DNA from: Lysobacterales bacterium
Lineage (GTDB): Bacteria; Pseudomonadota; Gammaproteobacteria; Xanthomonadales; SZUA-5
Reading direction: 5' to 3'
NCBI GenBank assembly: GCA_022844165.1
Contig: JALHMH010000009.1
Location: 67,411-131,410, forward strand
Length of the DNA stretch: 64,000 nt
Shown here: positions 10,508 to 20,865 of the stretch, one piece after another
Position numbering within the stretch: the stretch's first letter is position 1
How the letters are laid out: every line of letters starts with the position of its first letter
Made by a program: the position numbers and the translations under genes
Notes under the pieces: generated by a model
Seen by the model: only the letters and a program-made list of their open reading frames with translations
What the model was told of the DNA's origin: nothing
Database searches by the model: none

Positions 10508-11157
10508 GCAGGCTCGATCAGCGACGGACTATTGTTCCGCACGTTGCCGACGGCATTCGACACCGCAAAAGCCCGGGTCGAAACTCCAGGGACTTTTTTC
10601 AACAGCAACTGCGCCGAAACGGAATCGCCACCCAGCCATATATCGTAGTCGTTCGTGTCGAGCATGACCGGCATGCGGTCATGAATCGCCGCCAGCGGCT
10701 CTGTGGGGGTGCAGGTCAGGATCGCAACACTCTCGAGCACCAGGCCGCTCGCATCTACGTGGTGCTCCCAAATGCCAGCGAAAGCAAACGCCACGGGTTC
10801 CGTCGGCACAATCGCAAAAGGCGTTTTCCCGGTCTCGTGCTTTTGCCATTCGTAGTATCCAGACGCCGGGACAATGCATCGCCGGTACTTCAGTGCGCCG
10901 CGGAACATCGGCTTTTGCGCTGCTGTTTCCGCCCGCGCGTTGATCGATCGCACGGCAGTGACCCGATCACGGCTCCAACTGGGTACCAGGCCCCAGCTCA
11001 GATTCGCCCATTCGCAATCGGCCCCATGGCGCCGAACGACCGGGACCGAGTTGCTCGGCGCGATGTTGTAACTCACCTGATACACCGGATGTTTGTGGGT
11101 ACGGAACTGCTCTGCGAGCAGTTCGGGCAAGGTATCCAAGAAATATCGTCCACACAT
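10504..11157 (-). CDS. SRAP family (SOS response-associated peptidase, YedK/HMCES-like) protein
   Basis: N-terminal MCGRY, YNIAPS, WGLVPSW, INARAET, RRCIVPASGYYEW, IHDRMPV. Confidence 0.93.
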   Translation of the reverse strand: MCGRYFLDTLPELLAEQFRTHKHPVYQVSYNIAPSNSVPVVRRHGADCEWANLSWGLVPSWSRDRVTAVRSINARAETAAQKPMFRGALKYRRCIVPASGYYEWQKHETGKTPFAIVPTEPVAFAFAGIWEHHVDASGLVLESVAILTCTPTEPLAAIHDRMPVMLDTNDYDIWLGGDSVSAQLLLKKVPGVSTRAFAVSNAVGNVRNNSPSLIEPA

Positions 11158-11262
11158 GCTTCGATGCTACTGGGTTTTCGCCCGCGCTTATGGAGGATTC
11201 GACAGTGTGACTGACTCGCGCGCCAACGTGGGAGGCAATCGCGGGAAGCCAGCGCTGAATGG

Positions 11263-11688
11263 CTAGGCGCGCCCCCAATAGCGCTCCATCGCCAGGTAAG
11301 TGTACGACGCCGACCACGCGATCAGCAGTAACCCGTTCAAGGCTTCAACGCCGGCCACCAGACGAATTGGGCCTGTCGGCGTCAGATCGCCGAACCCGAG
11401 CGACGTATAGGTCTCAGCGGAGAAGTAAAAGCAGGTGAGAAACGAAACTTGATTGGCACCCTCAAGTACACCAAGCTTCATTTCTTCCACCATCCAATAG
11501 ACGGCCCCGCCATAAACCGCGATCTCAATCGCATGCGCGAAGAACATGGCGACCATTGCGACCAGAAGTTTCATCCGGCTTGGGATGTGTAACACCGCAA
11601 GACGAGAATTCAGGAACGTGAGAACCTCGTAGTGAATCAGCGTGGTCAGCAAGACCAAGGCCAAACAGGCTGCAATGACGATCAACAC
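11263..11688 (-). CDS. Small potassium-channel-family (Ion_trans_2-like) membrane protein
   Basis: FYFSAETYTSLGFGDLTP pore-loop-like motif between TM helices. Confidence 0.8.
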   Translation of the reverse strand: MLIVIAACLALVLLTTLIHYEVLTFLNSRLAVLHIPSRMKLLVAMVAMFFAHAIEIAVYGGAVYWMVEEMKLGVLEGANQVSFLTCFYFSAETYTSLGFGDLTPTGPIRLVAGVEALNGLLLIAWSASYTYLAMERYWGRA

Positions 11689-11692
11689 GGGG

Positions 11693-12064
11693 CTACTTCC
11701 GGATCAACGCAACGCTATACGGATGCAGCTCGGCTGTCATCACGCCCGCACGGACGGCCGGATCGCCATCCATAAACCTACGCGCTGCAGTTTCGTCGTT
11801 GGCCTCAAAAATCACCAAGCCAAAAGTCTGGTCAAGATCCCTGACGGTGCGTCCCGCCAGGATCACCTGACCGGCCTCCGTCGCGGCTTTCAGATACTCA
11901 AAATGCGCAGAAACAGCGGCCCGGTCGGCTTCGGCCCAGAGCGACTGGTCGTGAAGTTTTGCGTCGATACGCAACACATAGATGAACTGGCGCATCTCAC
12001 CCTCCGCGGCAGCCTTGGCAGATATCAAGATCAGGAATAGTGCACAGATAGTCGTTCGAATCAT
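11693..12064 (-). CDS. YciI family protein with signal peptide
   Basis: AHFEYLK, VILAGRT, FGLVIFEA, DPAVRAGVMTAELHPY; start moved to MIRTT at 12064. Confidence 0.8.
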   Translation of the reverse strand: MIRTTICALFLILISAKAAAEGEMRQFIYVLRIDAKLHDQSLWAEADRAAVSAHFEYLKAATEAGQVILAGRTVRDLDQTFGLVIFEANDETAARRFMDGDPAVRAGVMTAELHPYSVALIRK

Positions 12065-12066
12065 GA

Positions 12067-12101
12067 CCTTACCCCCAACCCTCTCCTGCAGTCTGGGAGG
12101 G
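12067..12101. repeat. Degenerate BoxC-like palindromic element
   Basis: CCTTACCCCCAACCCTCTCC-TGCAGTCT-GGGAGGG resembles the CCCTCACCC..CCCTCTCCC...GGGAGAGGG repeat type of Proteobacteria. Confidence 0.45.
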
Positions 12102-12123
12102 CTTAATGTGTAGATGCCGAACG

Positions 12124-15100
12124 CTAAGCAACGAAGGCTCGCGCATTCCAGAACAGCCGCTGCCACGGCGAAACGTCACCTCCGGACGGGCACCAGCTCA
12201 TTTGCAGACGGCGCACGATGCGCTCTGGGTGCGGCATCAGGATGAGCGCACGGCCGTCGGTACTGGTGAAGCCGGTGGCCCCAGCGGGCGACCCATTGGG
12301 ATTGGCCGGGAACGCTTCCGCCGGTTGATCGCCATCGACGAAACGCATGGCCATCGCGGCAAAGTTGGGTTCGCCATGCCAATCCGCGCGGCCTTCGCCA
12401 TGAGAAACGACGATCGGCAATCGCGATCCGGCCATGCCCGCCAGCAGTACCGACGGCGAATCGAGTATCTCTACTTGCACCAATCGCGCCTCGTACTGCT
12501 CGGAGTGGTTGCGCAAAAACCGCGGCCAGTGTTCCGTGCCGGGAATCAACCTGGTCAGCCCGCTCAGCATCTGGCAACCATTGCATACGCCCAGCGTAAA
12601 GGTGTTGCGTCTGGCAAAAAAAGCGGCAAAGTGCCCGGCCAGCCGCGCGTGGTGCAAAATGCCCTTCGCCCAACCTTGGCCAGCGCCCAAAACGTCGCCA
12701 TAAGAAAAGCCACCGCAGGCCGCGAGGCCATGCATGCCTTCCAGTGAATGTCGACCGGTTTCAAGATCGCTGACGTGGACATCGATCGCCTCAAAACCCG
12801 CCCGATCGAATGCTGCGGCCATTTCAAAATGGCCGTTGACGCCTTGTTCGCGCAGGATCGCGACTCTCGGGCGTGCACCCCGATTCACATAGGGCGCTGA
12901 GATGTCTGCTTCCGGGTCGAAGGAGGTTTGCACGATCAGCGGCGGCGTCTGGTATTCGCATAGCCGGCCGTACTCCTGGTCGGCGGTCTCCGTTCGATCC
13001 CGCTCGCGCTGGATGCGCCAGGAGACTTCGCCCCAGGCGCCAATCAGTTCGCGCATTTCGAGATGCGATGTGCCGATCTGCAACCTCGGTTCGGACGTCA
13101 CCGTGCCGAGTACCGTCACGTCCAAGCCGGCCGACTGGGCGCTGGTCACGAGCGACGCGATCGTCGTCGGTGCAGCCGCCAGCACCACCCCCAGCTCCTC
13201 GGCGAACAGTTCGCCATCGTCCGAGAGGTTGACTCGCAGGCCGGCGCGCGCCGCGAAGGCCATTTCGGTCGCGGCAATCAATGCGCCGCCATCGCTGATG
13301 TCGTGATAGGCATGAAAGGCAGGCTTATTTGCGATCAGCCAATCGACGAGCCGTATCAACGCGACCGCTTCAACATCTGGCGCAGCGCCGCCATCGAGCG
13401 ATTGGGTTTGCGCCCAAACCGACGCCCCCAGACGACGCTGGGTTGTGGTGCGAATAACCAGCAACGCATCACCAACCTGCGGTTCCGGCGTCAGCGTGCC
13501 GCGGACGTCTTCAAGGGGCGCGAACGCGCTGACAATCAACGAGATCGGCGCACAGGTCTGGCTCACACCCGACTCGGTCTGCCAGCGTGCGCGCATGCTC
13601 AGGCTGTCCTTGCCTACCGGGATCGATACGCCGAGCGCCATACAAAATTCGCTCACCGCAGCGACTGATGCATACAACGCGCTGTCCATCGCCGCATCGC
13701 CCGCTGCCGCCATCCAGTTGGCCGATAACTTGATGTCGCCCAGCCGCGACACGGGCGCCGCGAGTAGATTCAAAATCGCCTCCGCCACCGCAACACGCAC
13801 GGCGGCGCGGGCGTCGAGCGCGGCGAGCGGCGTCCGCTCGCCCATCGCCATCGCCTCGCCACTATGACCAGAAAAATCGGCGAGAGTGACAGCCACATCG
13901 GCTACTGGCGTTTGCCACGGACCCACCATTTGGTCACGATGCGACAAGCCGCCTACGGTACGATCGCCGATGGTGATCAGGAACGCCTTACTCGCGACAC
14001 TGGGAAAGCGCAGCACACCCAGCAGCGCCTCGCGGAGCGGCAAAGCCGATTCCGGCACTCTGGTCTTGCGCTCGGCGCCGTGCCCCTGCCCGTCCACAGC
14101 CGCCACGTATGCCGGTGCGACACGATGCAGCTTTGGCGCTTTCCCGAACAGCACGTCCATCGGCAGATCGACAATGGCGTCGTGACCTGAACGGACTGCC
14201 AAATGCTCCCTGGCGCGCGCCTCGCCCACATGCGCGAATGGACACCGTTCACGTTCGCAGATGTTGCCGAACAGCGCCAAATCCGCCGGGCGAACCGCAA
14301 GCACATAGCGCTCCTGGGCCTCATTGCACCAGATCTGCATTGGGCTCATCGACGAATCGTCGTTGGGAATCCGTCGCATGTCGATTTCGCCACCAACGCC
14401 GCTGTCGTGCAACAATTCGGGCAGCGCGTTCGACAGCCCACCGGCACCGACATCGTGGATGCTGACGATCGGATTGCGCTCGCCCAAGGCGATGCAGCGA
14501 TCGATGACTTCCTGGCAGCGCCTTTCGACCTCGGCGTTATCGCGTTGTACTGAGGCGAAGTCGCGCGCGCTGGCGCCTACGCCGCCCTGTTGCGAAGACG
14601 CCGCGCCACCACCGAGCCCGATCAGCATCGACGGGCCGCCAAGCACGATGAGCGCATCGCCCGCCTGCAAGTTGCGCTTTGCGACATGGCCATCGCGCAC
14701 CGCGCCCAAACCTCCGGCAATCATGATCGGCTTGTCGTATGCCAGGCCCAGTTCGACGTGCTCGAAGGTGCGGAAGTAGCCACCCAGGCAAGGACGACCA
14801 AACTCGTTGTTGAATGCGGCCGCGCCGATCGGGCCCTCGGTCATGATGCGCAACGCGCTCGCCAGGTGCCCCGGCAGTGGTCGTGCGTGCTCCCACGGCT
14901 GCGGCGAATCGGGCAGACGCAGATGCGAGGTGCTAAATCCTGTCAGGCCGGCTTTAGGTTTTGCGCCGCGACCTGTGGCGCCTTCGTCGCGGATTTCGCC
15001 CCCGGCACCGGTCGCCGCGCCTGGGTATGGCGCAATCGCGGTGGGGTGATTGTGCGTTTCGACCTTGATCGCCAGATGCGAGGGCTCGCATTGCGCGCGA

Positions 15101-15921
15101 TAGCAGCCCGTCGCATCTGCCATCCAGCGACAGGCCAAATGTCCTTCAAGCACGGCAGCGTTGTCTTTATATGCGGTCAGTGTGCCCCGCGGCGAACTCG
15201 CATGCGTGTTTTTGATCAAGCCGAACAGGCTTTGCGCCTGAGTGACACCGCCGATCGTCCACGCGGCGTTGAAGATCTTGTGCCGGCAGTGTTCAGAGTT
15301 TGCCTGCGCAAACATCATCAACTCGGCATCGGTCGCAGCACGACCTATTTCCGAATAACGTGCTGCCAGATAGTCGATCTCATCCTCGCTCAAACTCAAA
15401 CCCAATGTGAGATTGGCCATCAGCAACGACTCGCGGCCGGTTGCAATGTGGCGCAGCGGACCAGGTGCCTGGGCGACCCCGGCGGCGAGTTCGGTTGCGC
15501 TAGCGACGACGCTTTGCGTCATCGGATCGTGCAACATCGCCAGCACCTGATCTTGGTCGGCAAAATCCGCGGGCCAGAGCGAGAACACGAAACGCTGCAC
15601 GCGCTCAATGCGCTGTACATCGAATCCGCAACGATGCGCAATGTCAGTGGCCTTCGACGACCATGGCGAACGCGTTCCGAGGCGCGGCGTGACGAATCGA
15701 CAGACCGATATCGGTTCGACTGAAGCGGCGCAAGTGCCGGGCTGCGGCGCTTCGCTGCAAAGCACCGTCTGCAATCCAGCCAGATCAACGCCATCGCCCG
15801 ATACGACGAACACCTCATCGACCGCTGCGATCTGCGCATGCAATGGCGCAATGCGGCGATTCAGTCGTTCGATGCGAAACGACGACAGCGCGCGAGCGCC
15901 TTCGAGCAGATGAGTGGCCAT
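12124..15921 (-). CDS. purL: Phosphoribosylformylglycinamidine synthase (large, fused type)
   Basis: ANSEHCRHKIFNA, KVETHNHPTAI, HDVGAGGLSNA, GVCNGCQ, MPHPER; start at MATHLLEG. Confidence 0.97.
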   Translation of the reverse strand: MATHLLEGARALSSFRIERLNRRIAPLHAQIAAVDEVFVVSGDGVDLAGLQTVLCSEAPQPGTCAASVEPISVCRFVTPRLGTRSPWSSKATDIAHRCGFDVQRIERVQRFVFSLWPADFADQDQVLAMLHDPMTQSVVASATELAAGVAQAPGPLRHIATGRESLLMANLTLGLSLSEDEIDYLAARYSEIGRAATDAELMMFAQANSEHCRHKIFNAAWTIGGVTQAQSLFGLIKNTHASSPRGTLTAYKDNAAVLEGHLACRWMADATGCYRAQCEPSHLAIKVETHNHPTAIAPYPGAATGAGGEIRDEGATGRGAKPKAGLTGFSTSHLRLPDSPQPWEHARPLPGHLASALRIMTEGPIGAAAFNNEFGRPCLGGYFRTFEHVELGLAYDKPIMIAGGLGAVRDGHVAKRNLQAGDALIVLGGPSMLIGLGGGAASSQQGGVGASARDFASVQRDNAEVERRCQEVIDRCIALGERNPIVSIHDVGAGGLSNALPELLHDSGVGGEIDMRRIPNDDSSMSPMQIWCNEAQERYVLAVRPADLALFGNICERERCPFAHVGEARAREHLAVRSGHDAIVDLPMDVLFGKAPKLHRVAPAYVAAVDGQGHGAERKTRVPESALPLREALLGVLRFPSVASKAFLITIGDRTVGGLSHRDQMVGPWQTPVADVAVTLADFSGHSGEAMAMGERTPLAALDARAAVRVAVAEAILNLLAAPVSRLGDIKLSANWMAAAGDAAMDSALYASVAAVSEFCMALGVSIPVGKDSLSMRARWQTESGVSQTCAPISLIVSAFAPLEDVRGTLTPEPQVGDALLVIRTTTQRRLGASVWAQTQSLDGGAAPDVEAVALIRLVDWLIANKPAFHAYHDISDGGALIAATEMAFAARAGLRVNLSDDGELFAEELGVVLAAAPTTIASLVTSAQSAGLDVTVLGTVTSEPRLQIGTSHLEMRELIGAWGEVSWRIQRERDRTETADQEYGRLCEYQTPPLIVQTSFDPEADISAPYVNRGARPRVAILREQGVNGHFEMAAAFDRAGFEAIDVHVSDLETGRHSLEGMHGLAACGGFSYGDVLGAGQGWAKGILHHARLAGHFAAFFARRNTFTLGVCNGCQMLSGLTRLIPGTEHWPRFLRNHSEQYEARLVQVEILDSPSVLLAGMAGSRLPIVVSHGEGRADWHGEPNFAAMAMRFVDGDQPAEAFPANPNGSPAGATGFTSTDGRALILMPHPERIVRRLQMSWCPSGGDVSPWQRLFWNARAFVA

Positions 15922-16038
15922 AGTCAACGCGCAGAACAACGACGGCGCGGAGCATAGACGTGCTTTGCGTCTTCGCGCGACAAACGGGTAGCGCAACGTT
16001 CATCGCACGCCTGCTCGAAGGCGGCTTTGCCTGCGGCT

Positions 16039-16079
16039 GCCCACAAAAAAAGCCGCCTCGCGGCGGCTTTTTTGTGGGC
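16039..16079. terminator. Bidirectional-type intrinsic terminator after dsbC
   Basis: GCCCACAAAAAAAGCCGCC-TCGC-GGCGGCTTTTTTGTGGGC. Confidence 0.85.
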
Positions 16080-16090
16080 GGCGCGAGCAG

Positions 16091-16831
16091 CTACCTGGCC
16101 GCGTCCGCAGCCGCTACGGCGGCCTCTGCGGCCGTCAAACGCTGCTCCAACTGATCGGGCGTCACATAACCCGGCGCAACGTTGCCATCGGGGAAAATGA
16201 TCGTCGGCGTGCCGGTCACACCCATTTGCTGGCCCAACTGCCATTGCGCCTCGATCGGGTTAACGCAGGTGGCGTTGCCCGGGTCGACACCGTTTTTTGC
16301 TTTCGTCAGCGCACCCTGTTGGTCTTTCGAACACCATGCTGCAACCGCTTTGCGGAAGCTGTCGGTGCCCGGGCCAGACCGCGGGAACATCAAATATTCC
16401 ACCTGGATGCCACGCTCGTTGTATTCCTCCATGTGCTTGTGCAGCTCGCGGCAGTAACCGCAATCGATGTCGGTGTACACGGCAACGGTGTGTTTCACCT
16501 CGCCCTTGGGCTTGAACACGATGCGCTGGCCACTGGGTGCCTTTGCCATCAAACCACGGCGCAGGTCGGCTTTGCGCAACTCGGTCAAGTCGGTGCGCTT
16601 GGCGATATCGAACAACATGCCCTGGATCAGATGCGCACCATCGTTCGTGACATAAATCACCTGCCCGCCCAGGGTGACCTCCATCAGATTCGGCACGGCG
16701 GAAGGACGGATCGCATCGATCTTGGCATTGGGATCGATCGACTTGATCGCCGCACGCACTTTGTCGTCTTGCGCAACGACCGGCCCAATGGCCACCAGAG
16801 CGACCAGCGCCACCATGCAGTAACGAAACAT
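16091..16831 (-). CDS. dsbC: Thiol:disulfide isomerase DsbC
   Basis: Signal peptide, dimerisation domain, YTDIDCGYC, GVTGTPT. Confidence 0.92.
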   Translation of the reverse strand: MFRYCMVALVALVAIGPVVAQDDKVRAAIKSIDPNAKIDAIRPSAVPNLMEVTLGGQVIYVTNDGAHLIQGMLFDIAKRTDLTELRKADLRRGLMAKAPSGQRIVFKPKGEVKHTVAVYTDIDCGYCRELHKHMEEYNERGIQVEYLMFPRSGPGTDSFRKAVAAWCSKDQQGALTKAKNGVDPGNATCVNPIEAQWQLGQQMGVTGTPTIIFPDGNVAPGYVTPDQLEQRLTAAEAAVAAADAAR

Positions 16832-16915
16832 TGACTTCTCCTGACAATAAAAAAAGACGGCCTGCAGAATGCCGTTAAGAGACCACGGAGTCGGCGGCGC
16901 GAAGAAAGTTCCCGA

Positions 16916-17578
16916 TTATCCTGCGATCTCCGAGCTGCTTGCCAGTACCTGAATCAGTACCGCCGCAAAATGGCATACGCTGCCCGCCAGAACGAATGCA
17001 TGCCAGACAGTGTGAGCATACGGCCAGCGCTTGCTCAAATAGAAAACCACGCCGATGGTATAGGCCAACCCACCGGCAATTAACCACCAGACCGCCGTAC
17101 GCGGCACCAACATCATCAGCGGCTGAATAGCGACGATCACCAACCAGCCCATCGCTATGTAGATCGCCGTGGACAGACCTTTGAAGCGGCCGGCAAACCG
17201 AAGCTTAAAAACGATACCGCATAGCGCAAGCGTCCAGATGATCGCCAAGAGGCTGTAGCCCCAAGGGCCTCTCAAACTGGTCAATGTGAACGGCGTATAG
17301 GTGCCCGCGATCAACACGTAAATCATGCAGTGATCGAAGATCTTGAGGCGCTGTTTCGCAACACCATCGTGTGCCGCGTGATAGAGCGTCGAGGCCACGT
17401 ACAGGAGCAGCAATGAGGTGCCATAGATCGCAGATCCCACTATCGCATACGCATCGCCAAAGACGGCAGCAAGCGTGATCAAAACAGCGGCGGCAGCCAG
17501 CGCAATTGCTGCGCCAATGCCATGGGTCAGCGCATTAAGAACTTCATCGAGGCTGCGCTGTGGCGTCACAGGGTTCAT
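16916..17578 (-). CDS. Hemolysin III (PAQR/TrhA) family membrane protein
   Basis: NALTHGIG, STLYH, DHCMIYVLIAGTYTPF, HTVWHAFV; seven TM segments. Confidence 0.92.
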   Translation of the reverse strand: MNPVTPQRSLDEVLNALTHGIGAAIALAAAAVLITLAAVFGDAYAIVGSAIYGTSLLLLYVASTLYHAAHDGVAKQRLKIFDHCMIYVLIAGTYTPFTLTSLRGPWGYSLLAIIWTLALCGIVFKLRFAGRFKGLSTAIYIAMGWLVIVAIQPLMMLVPRTAVWWLIAGGLAYTIGVVFYLSKRWPYAHTVWHAFVLAGSVCHFAAVLIQVLASSSEIAG

Positions 17579-17690
17579 AGCAGGCCACAGCAAGAAATGA
17601 CGCGATAGCGTGCGCGATGTCGGCTGGAGAGGTCAAGTGCAGCCCACACAGATCACGCGTATCAAGCTGTGGCCAAATTTTGGGGCGCCC

Positions 17691-17727
17691 AAAAAAGAAC
17701 GGCCGGGAATCGAATTCCCGGCCGCTC
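17691..17727 (-). terminator. Intrinsic terminator of the TonB-dependent receptor gene
   Basis: CGGCCGGGAAT/ATTCCCGGCCG stem with a preceding A run (T run on the minus strand). Confidence 0.75.
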
Positions 17728-17749
17728 AAACAACAATTGCTACGTCAGC

Positions 17750-20599
17750 TTAAAAACGATAGTTGAACCGGCCAAAGAACGAGCGGCCATACCAGTCGTA
17801 CTGCGTAGCGAACGCCGGGATGTTGCCGAACCGGGTCGAACCGACACCAGCCGAAATGTTCGGCGGATCTTTGTCGAACAGGTTCTCGACGCCAAGCAAC
17901 AGATCCCAATCGGTCGAACGGTACTGCACCGAGAAGCTGTGGTACAGGCGATCTTCTGCGGTAAAGTCATACACCGGATTGGCGTTGCCGAAGTACGTCG
18001 CCGGCGGCGTGAAGAAGAAATTCTCCGTTTCGTCGACGTAGCGCATGCCCCAGGTGTAGGTGAAGTCGCCGCGCGTCAATGCGGTACGAATGTTGCCCAC
18101 CAGCTCCGGACGGGAAATGATGCCGTTCAAATCGTTGTTTTCGAAGCCGGTTGCTTCTGCGGCATCGAACAACTGCTCAAAGTCTTCCGTCGTGTAGGTG
18201 AACTGCGCATCGGCCTCGATCTTGCCGAAGCTGAAGTCCTGCTCCCAACGCACGTTCACATCATAACCACGAACAATCTGCTGGTTGATGTTGATGAACG
18301 AATCGCGGATTTCAGTGACGTTGAACGGATTGTCTGCTGTGGCCGAAGCGCGATCGAACAAGTTACAGAACGCATTCGGGAATACCGGCAGCGCATAGCA
18401 GCTGCCGACAATCGAAGCACCGCCCAACTGGTCGATCTGATCAATGACGCGGATCTTGAAGTAATCCACGGACGCGCTAAAGCCAGCGATCTCGGGCGTG
18501 AACACGATACCGGCCGTGAACGCTTTCGAGGTCTCAGGACGCACAACACCGAAGCCACCACCGCTGACGATGGTTGCCGAGGAGCCTGCGCCTGTGTAGT
18601 TGGCGGGAATCCCAGCTGCTTCGCAGTTACGGCGAATATTCGGGTTGTTGCTGTTGCCCCAGTCGATGCATGGGTCGATAGCCAACTGTCCAACGAAGGC
18701 AGTCTGATCTCCGAGGAACAACTCATACAAGCCCGGCGCGCGGTAGGACGTACCGTTGGTCGCGCGAAGGCGAACGGACGGGATCACCTGCCAGCCCAAA
18801 CCCACCTTCCAGACTTCATCGGAATCAGCCACGGTATCGTATTTGAACAAGCGCGCCGAACTGCTGAAGGTCAGCTCCTCAATGCCAGGCAGCCCTGCCA
18901 GAAGCGGAATTTCCACTTCGCCGAACAGCTCGGAGATGTAGTCCTTGCCTTCCGTGCCAGTGGCCGAACTCTGACCCCAGAGACCGCCAGTACGTTCGAT
19001 GTCGCTCGGATTGTCGTCGATCGACACACGGCGGAACTCGGTGCCGAACGCGCCTGCCGCCACGCCGGCGGGCAATTCGAACAACTCGCCCGTCACGATG
19101 CCTGTTGCGACCAACTGCGTGTAGACCGTGTTGCCCGTGTGCGTGATGCCAATGGCCGATTCCAGATCATCGATCGCAGTGCCTGACAGGAAGCGCGGAT
19201 CGAAGTAATTCACTGGCGAGCCGCCGCCGTTGCGGTCGACGTTCAAATCGCCGGTGCGATCTCGATCGATACTCAGTACCGTGTAATCGCCGTCCGAGCG
19301 GGTATACGTGGTATCGAAGCGCCACGACCAGCTGGTGTCGCCAAAGCCACCGCTGAAGCCGGATGCAGCGTAGTAGTAGTCGACGTCGATGTCCTGGTTC
19401 GAGCGGAACGGCATGATCGGCTGCACACGCGCCGGCAGGCCAGCCGCCGTTCCGGTTACAACCGGGAAGAACTGGCGAAAGCGCCTGGAACTGGTTTCGC
19501 GATTGTTGTACAGGAATTGACCTTCCCATGCGATTTCACCGAACGTGAAATCACCCGATGTGAAGAAGCTGGTGCGTTCCTGTTCGCTGAAAATGTGCGA
19601 CTGGCCGAAGAAGTCGAAGTTCAACACGTCTTCGTAGAATGCCGGGCTGGTTGCCGTGGCATTCGCGTTGCGTCGCGGGCGATAGCCGGGCAGCGGCCCG
19701 ACAGTCACGCCATCGGTGGACGGCACATAGCGCACGGCCCCGGCGATAACGGTATTTGCGTAGAGGTTGTTGCAACCTTCCAGCTCCGTTCCGGCTGTAA
19801 TGGAACGATCGACACGATCAAAGAAACCGCCGGCCGGGTTGCCGACCAGATCGCGCGGACACTCGAAGAAATCGCGATCGCCCACTTTCAACGGCTCTTG
19901 CTTGTAGTACTGAAATGCAGCAACAACACTGCCGTTCTCGAAGTTCCACCCGGTCGCGCCAGATACGTTGACGCGCTCGCCACCGCCGTCGATCGGCAAA
20001 GTGGTATCGACGCTCAACTCGGTGCGATCGATCGACTTGCGGGTGATCAGATTGACCACACCAGCCACTGCGTCCGAACCGTAAATGGAACCGCCGCCGT
20101 CCTTCAGAATTTCAGCACGCTGCAAAATCACGGTGGGAATAACGTTCAGGTCGAAGGCGCCGACCTGACCACGCGTGCCAGCCGGACCGGGGCGACGCCC
20201 GTCGAGCAGCACCAATGTGCGGTTGGCGCCAAGGCCGCGCAACGACAACGTTTGCACGCCGTTGCCGCCCTCGACCACAAAGCCAGAGAACTGATTGCTG
20301 ATCTGCGTCGAACCTGCGGCAACGTTGGTTGTCTGCAGAATGGACGTCGTGTCGAGCTGGCCAGTGGTCGCGCTGGTATTCGCAGTGATGACCTGCACCG
20401 GCGATACCGATTGGAATTCCAGGCGCTTGATCAGCGAACCGGTCACCACCACTGTTTCCATCTTTTCGGCGGTTTCGGTTGTGTTTTCGTCTTCATCGTC
20501 AGTGTCTTGCGCATACACCGGTTGCACCAGTGAGGCGGCAAGAATTGCACCCAGGGCCAGTGCCAGGGGGTGCCGAGCTGGTAAAGCTTTGATTTTCAT
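17750..20599 (-). CDS. TonB-dependent outer membrane receptor
   Basis: Signal peptide, ETVVVTGS TonB box, LRGLGANRTLVLLDGRR plug, GVENLFDK, C-terminal NYRF. Confidence 0.95.
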   Translation of the reverse strand: MKIKALPARHPLALALGAILAASLVQPVYAQDTDDEDENTTETAEKMETVVVTGSLIKRLEFQSVSPVQVITANTSATTGQLDTTSILQTTNVAAGSTQISNQFSGFVVEGGNGVQTLSLRGLGANRTLVLLDGRRPGPAGTRGQVGAFDLNVIPTVILQRAEILKDGGGSIYGSDAVAGVVNLITRKSIDRTELSVDTTLPIDGGGERVNVSGATGWNFENGSVVAAFQYYKQEPLKVGDRDFFECPRDLVGNPAGGFFDRVDRSITAGTELEGCNNLYANTVIAGAVRYVPSTDGVTVGPLPGYRPRRNANATATSPAFYEDVLNFDFFGQSHIFSEQERTSFFTSGDFTFGEIAWEGQFLYNNRETSSRRFRQFFPVVTGTAAGLPARVQPIMPFRSNQDIDVDYYYAASGFSGGFGDTSWSWRFDTTYTRSDGDYTVLSIDRDRTGDLNVDRNGGGSPVNYFDPRFLSGTAIDDLESAIGITHTGNTVYTQLVATGIVTGELFELPAGVAAGAFGTEFRRVSIDDNPSDIERTGGLWGQSSATGTEGKDYISELFGEVEIPLLAGLPGIEELTFSSSARLFKYDTVADSDEVWKVGLGWQVIPSVRLRATNGTSYRAPGLYELFLGDQTAFVGQLAIDPCIDWGNSNNPNIRRNCEAAGIPANYTGAGSSATIVSGGGFGVVRPETSKAFTAGIVFTPEIAGFSASVDYFKIRVIDQIDQLGGASIVGSCYALPVFPNAFCNLFDRASATADNPFNVTEIRDSFININQQIVRGYDVNVRWEQDFSFGKIEADAQFTYTTEDFEQLFDAAEATGFENNDLNGIISRPELVGNIRTALTRGDFTYTWGMRYVDETENFFFTPPATYFGNANPVYDFTAEDRLYHSFSVQYRSTDWDLLLGVENLFDKDPPNISAGVGSTRFGNIPAFATQYDWYGRSFFGRFNYRF

Positions 20600-20865
20600 A
20601 TCGGAAGTCTCGCTGCTAAACGGGTATCGCCGCGTCACAGAACTCCTTTGGACGCAGGCTTAACGCAATCGTAACACGTACCCCGTGCCATTTGGCATAC
20701 AGAGGCCGGAATGAACAGATGTTAACGGACCGCACGATCAGCTGCCGAGCGGCCTTGAAGCCATCCGCCGTGTCGGGTGCGGCCACAGAATTGACTGGCG
20801 ATCTTTGAAGAGCTTCCGGCTAGAATGATCGAAGGCAGCACATCCATTCCGAAGGTCAATCCCTT

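Noticed and set aside
17669-20533. Long plus-strand ORFs (505 and 338 aa) opposite the TonB-dependent receptor
   Set aside because: Antisense shadows expected from strong codon bias; no recognisable motifs
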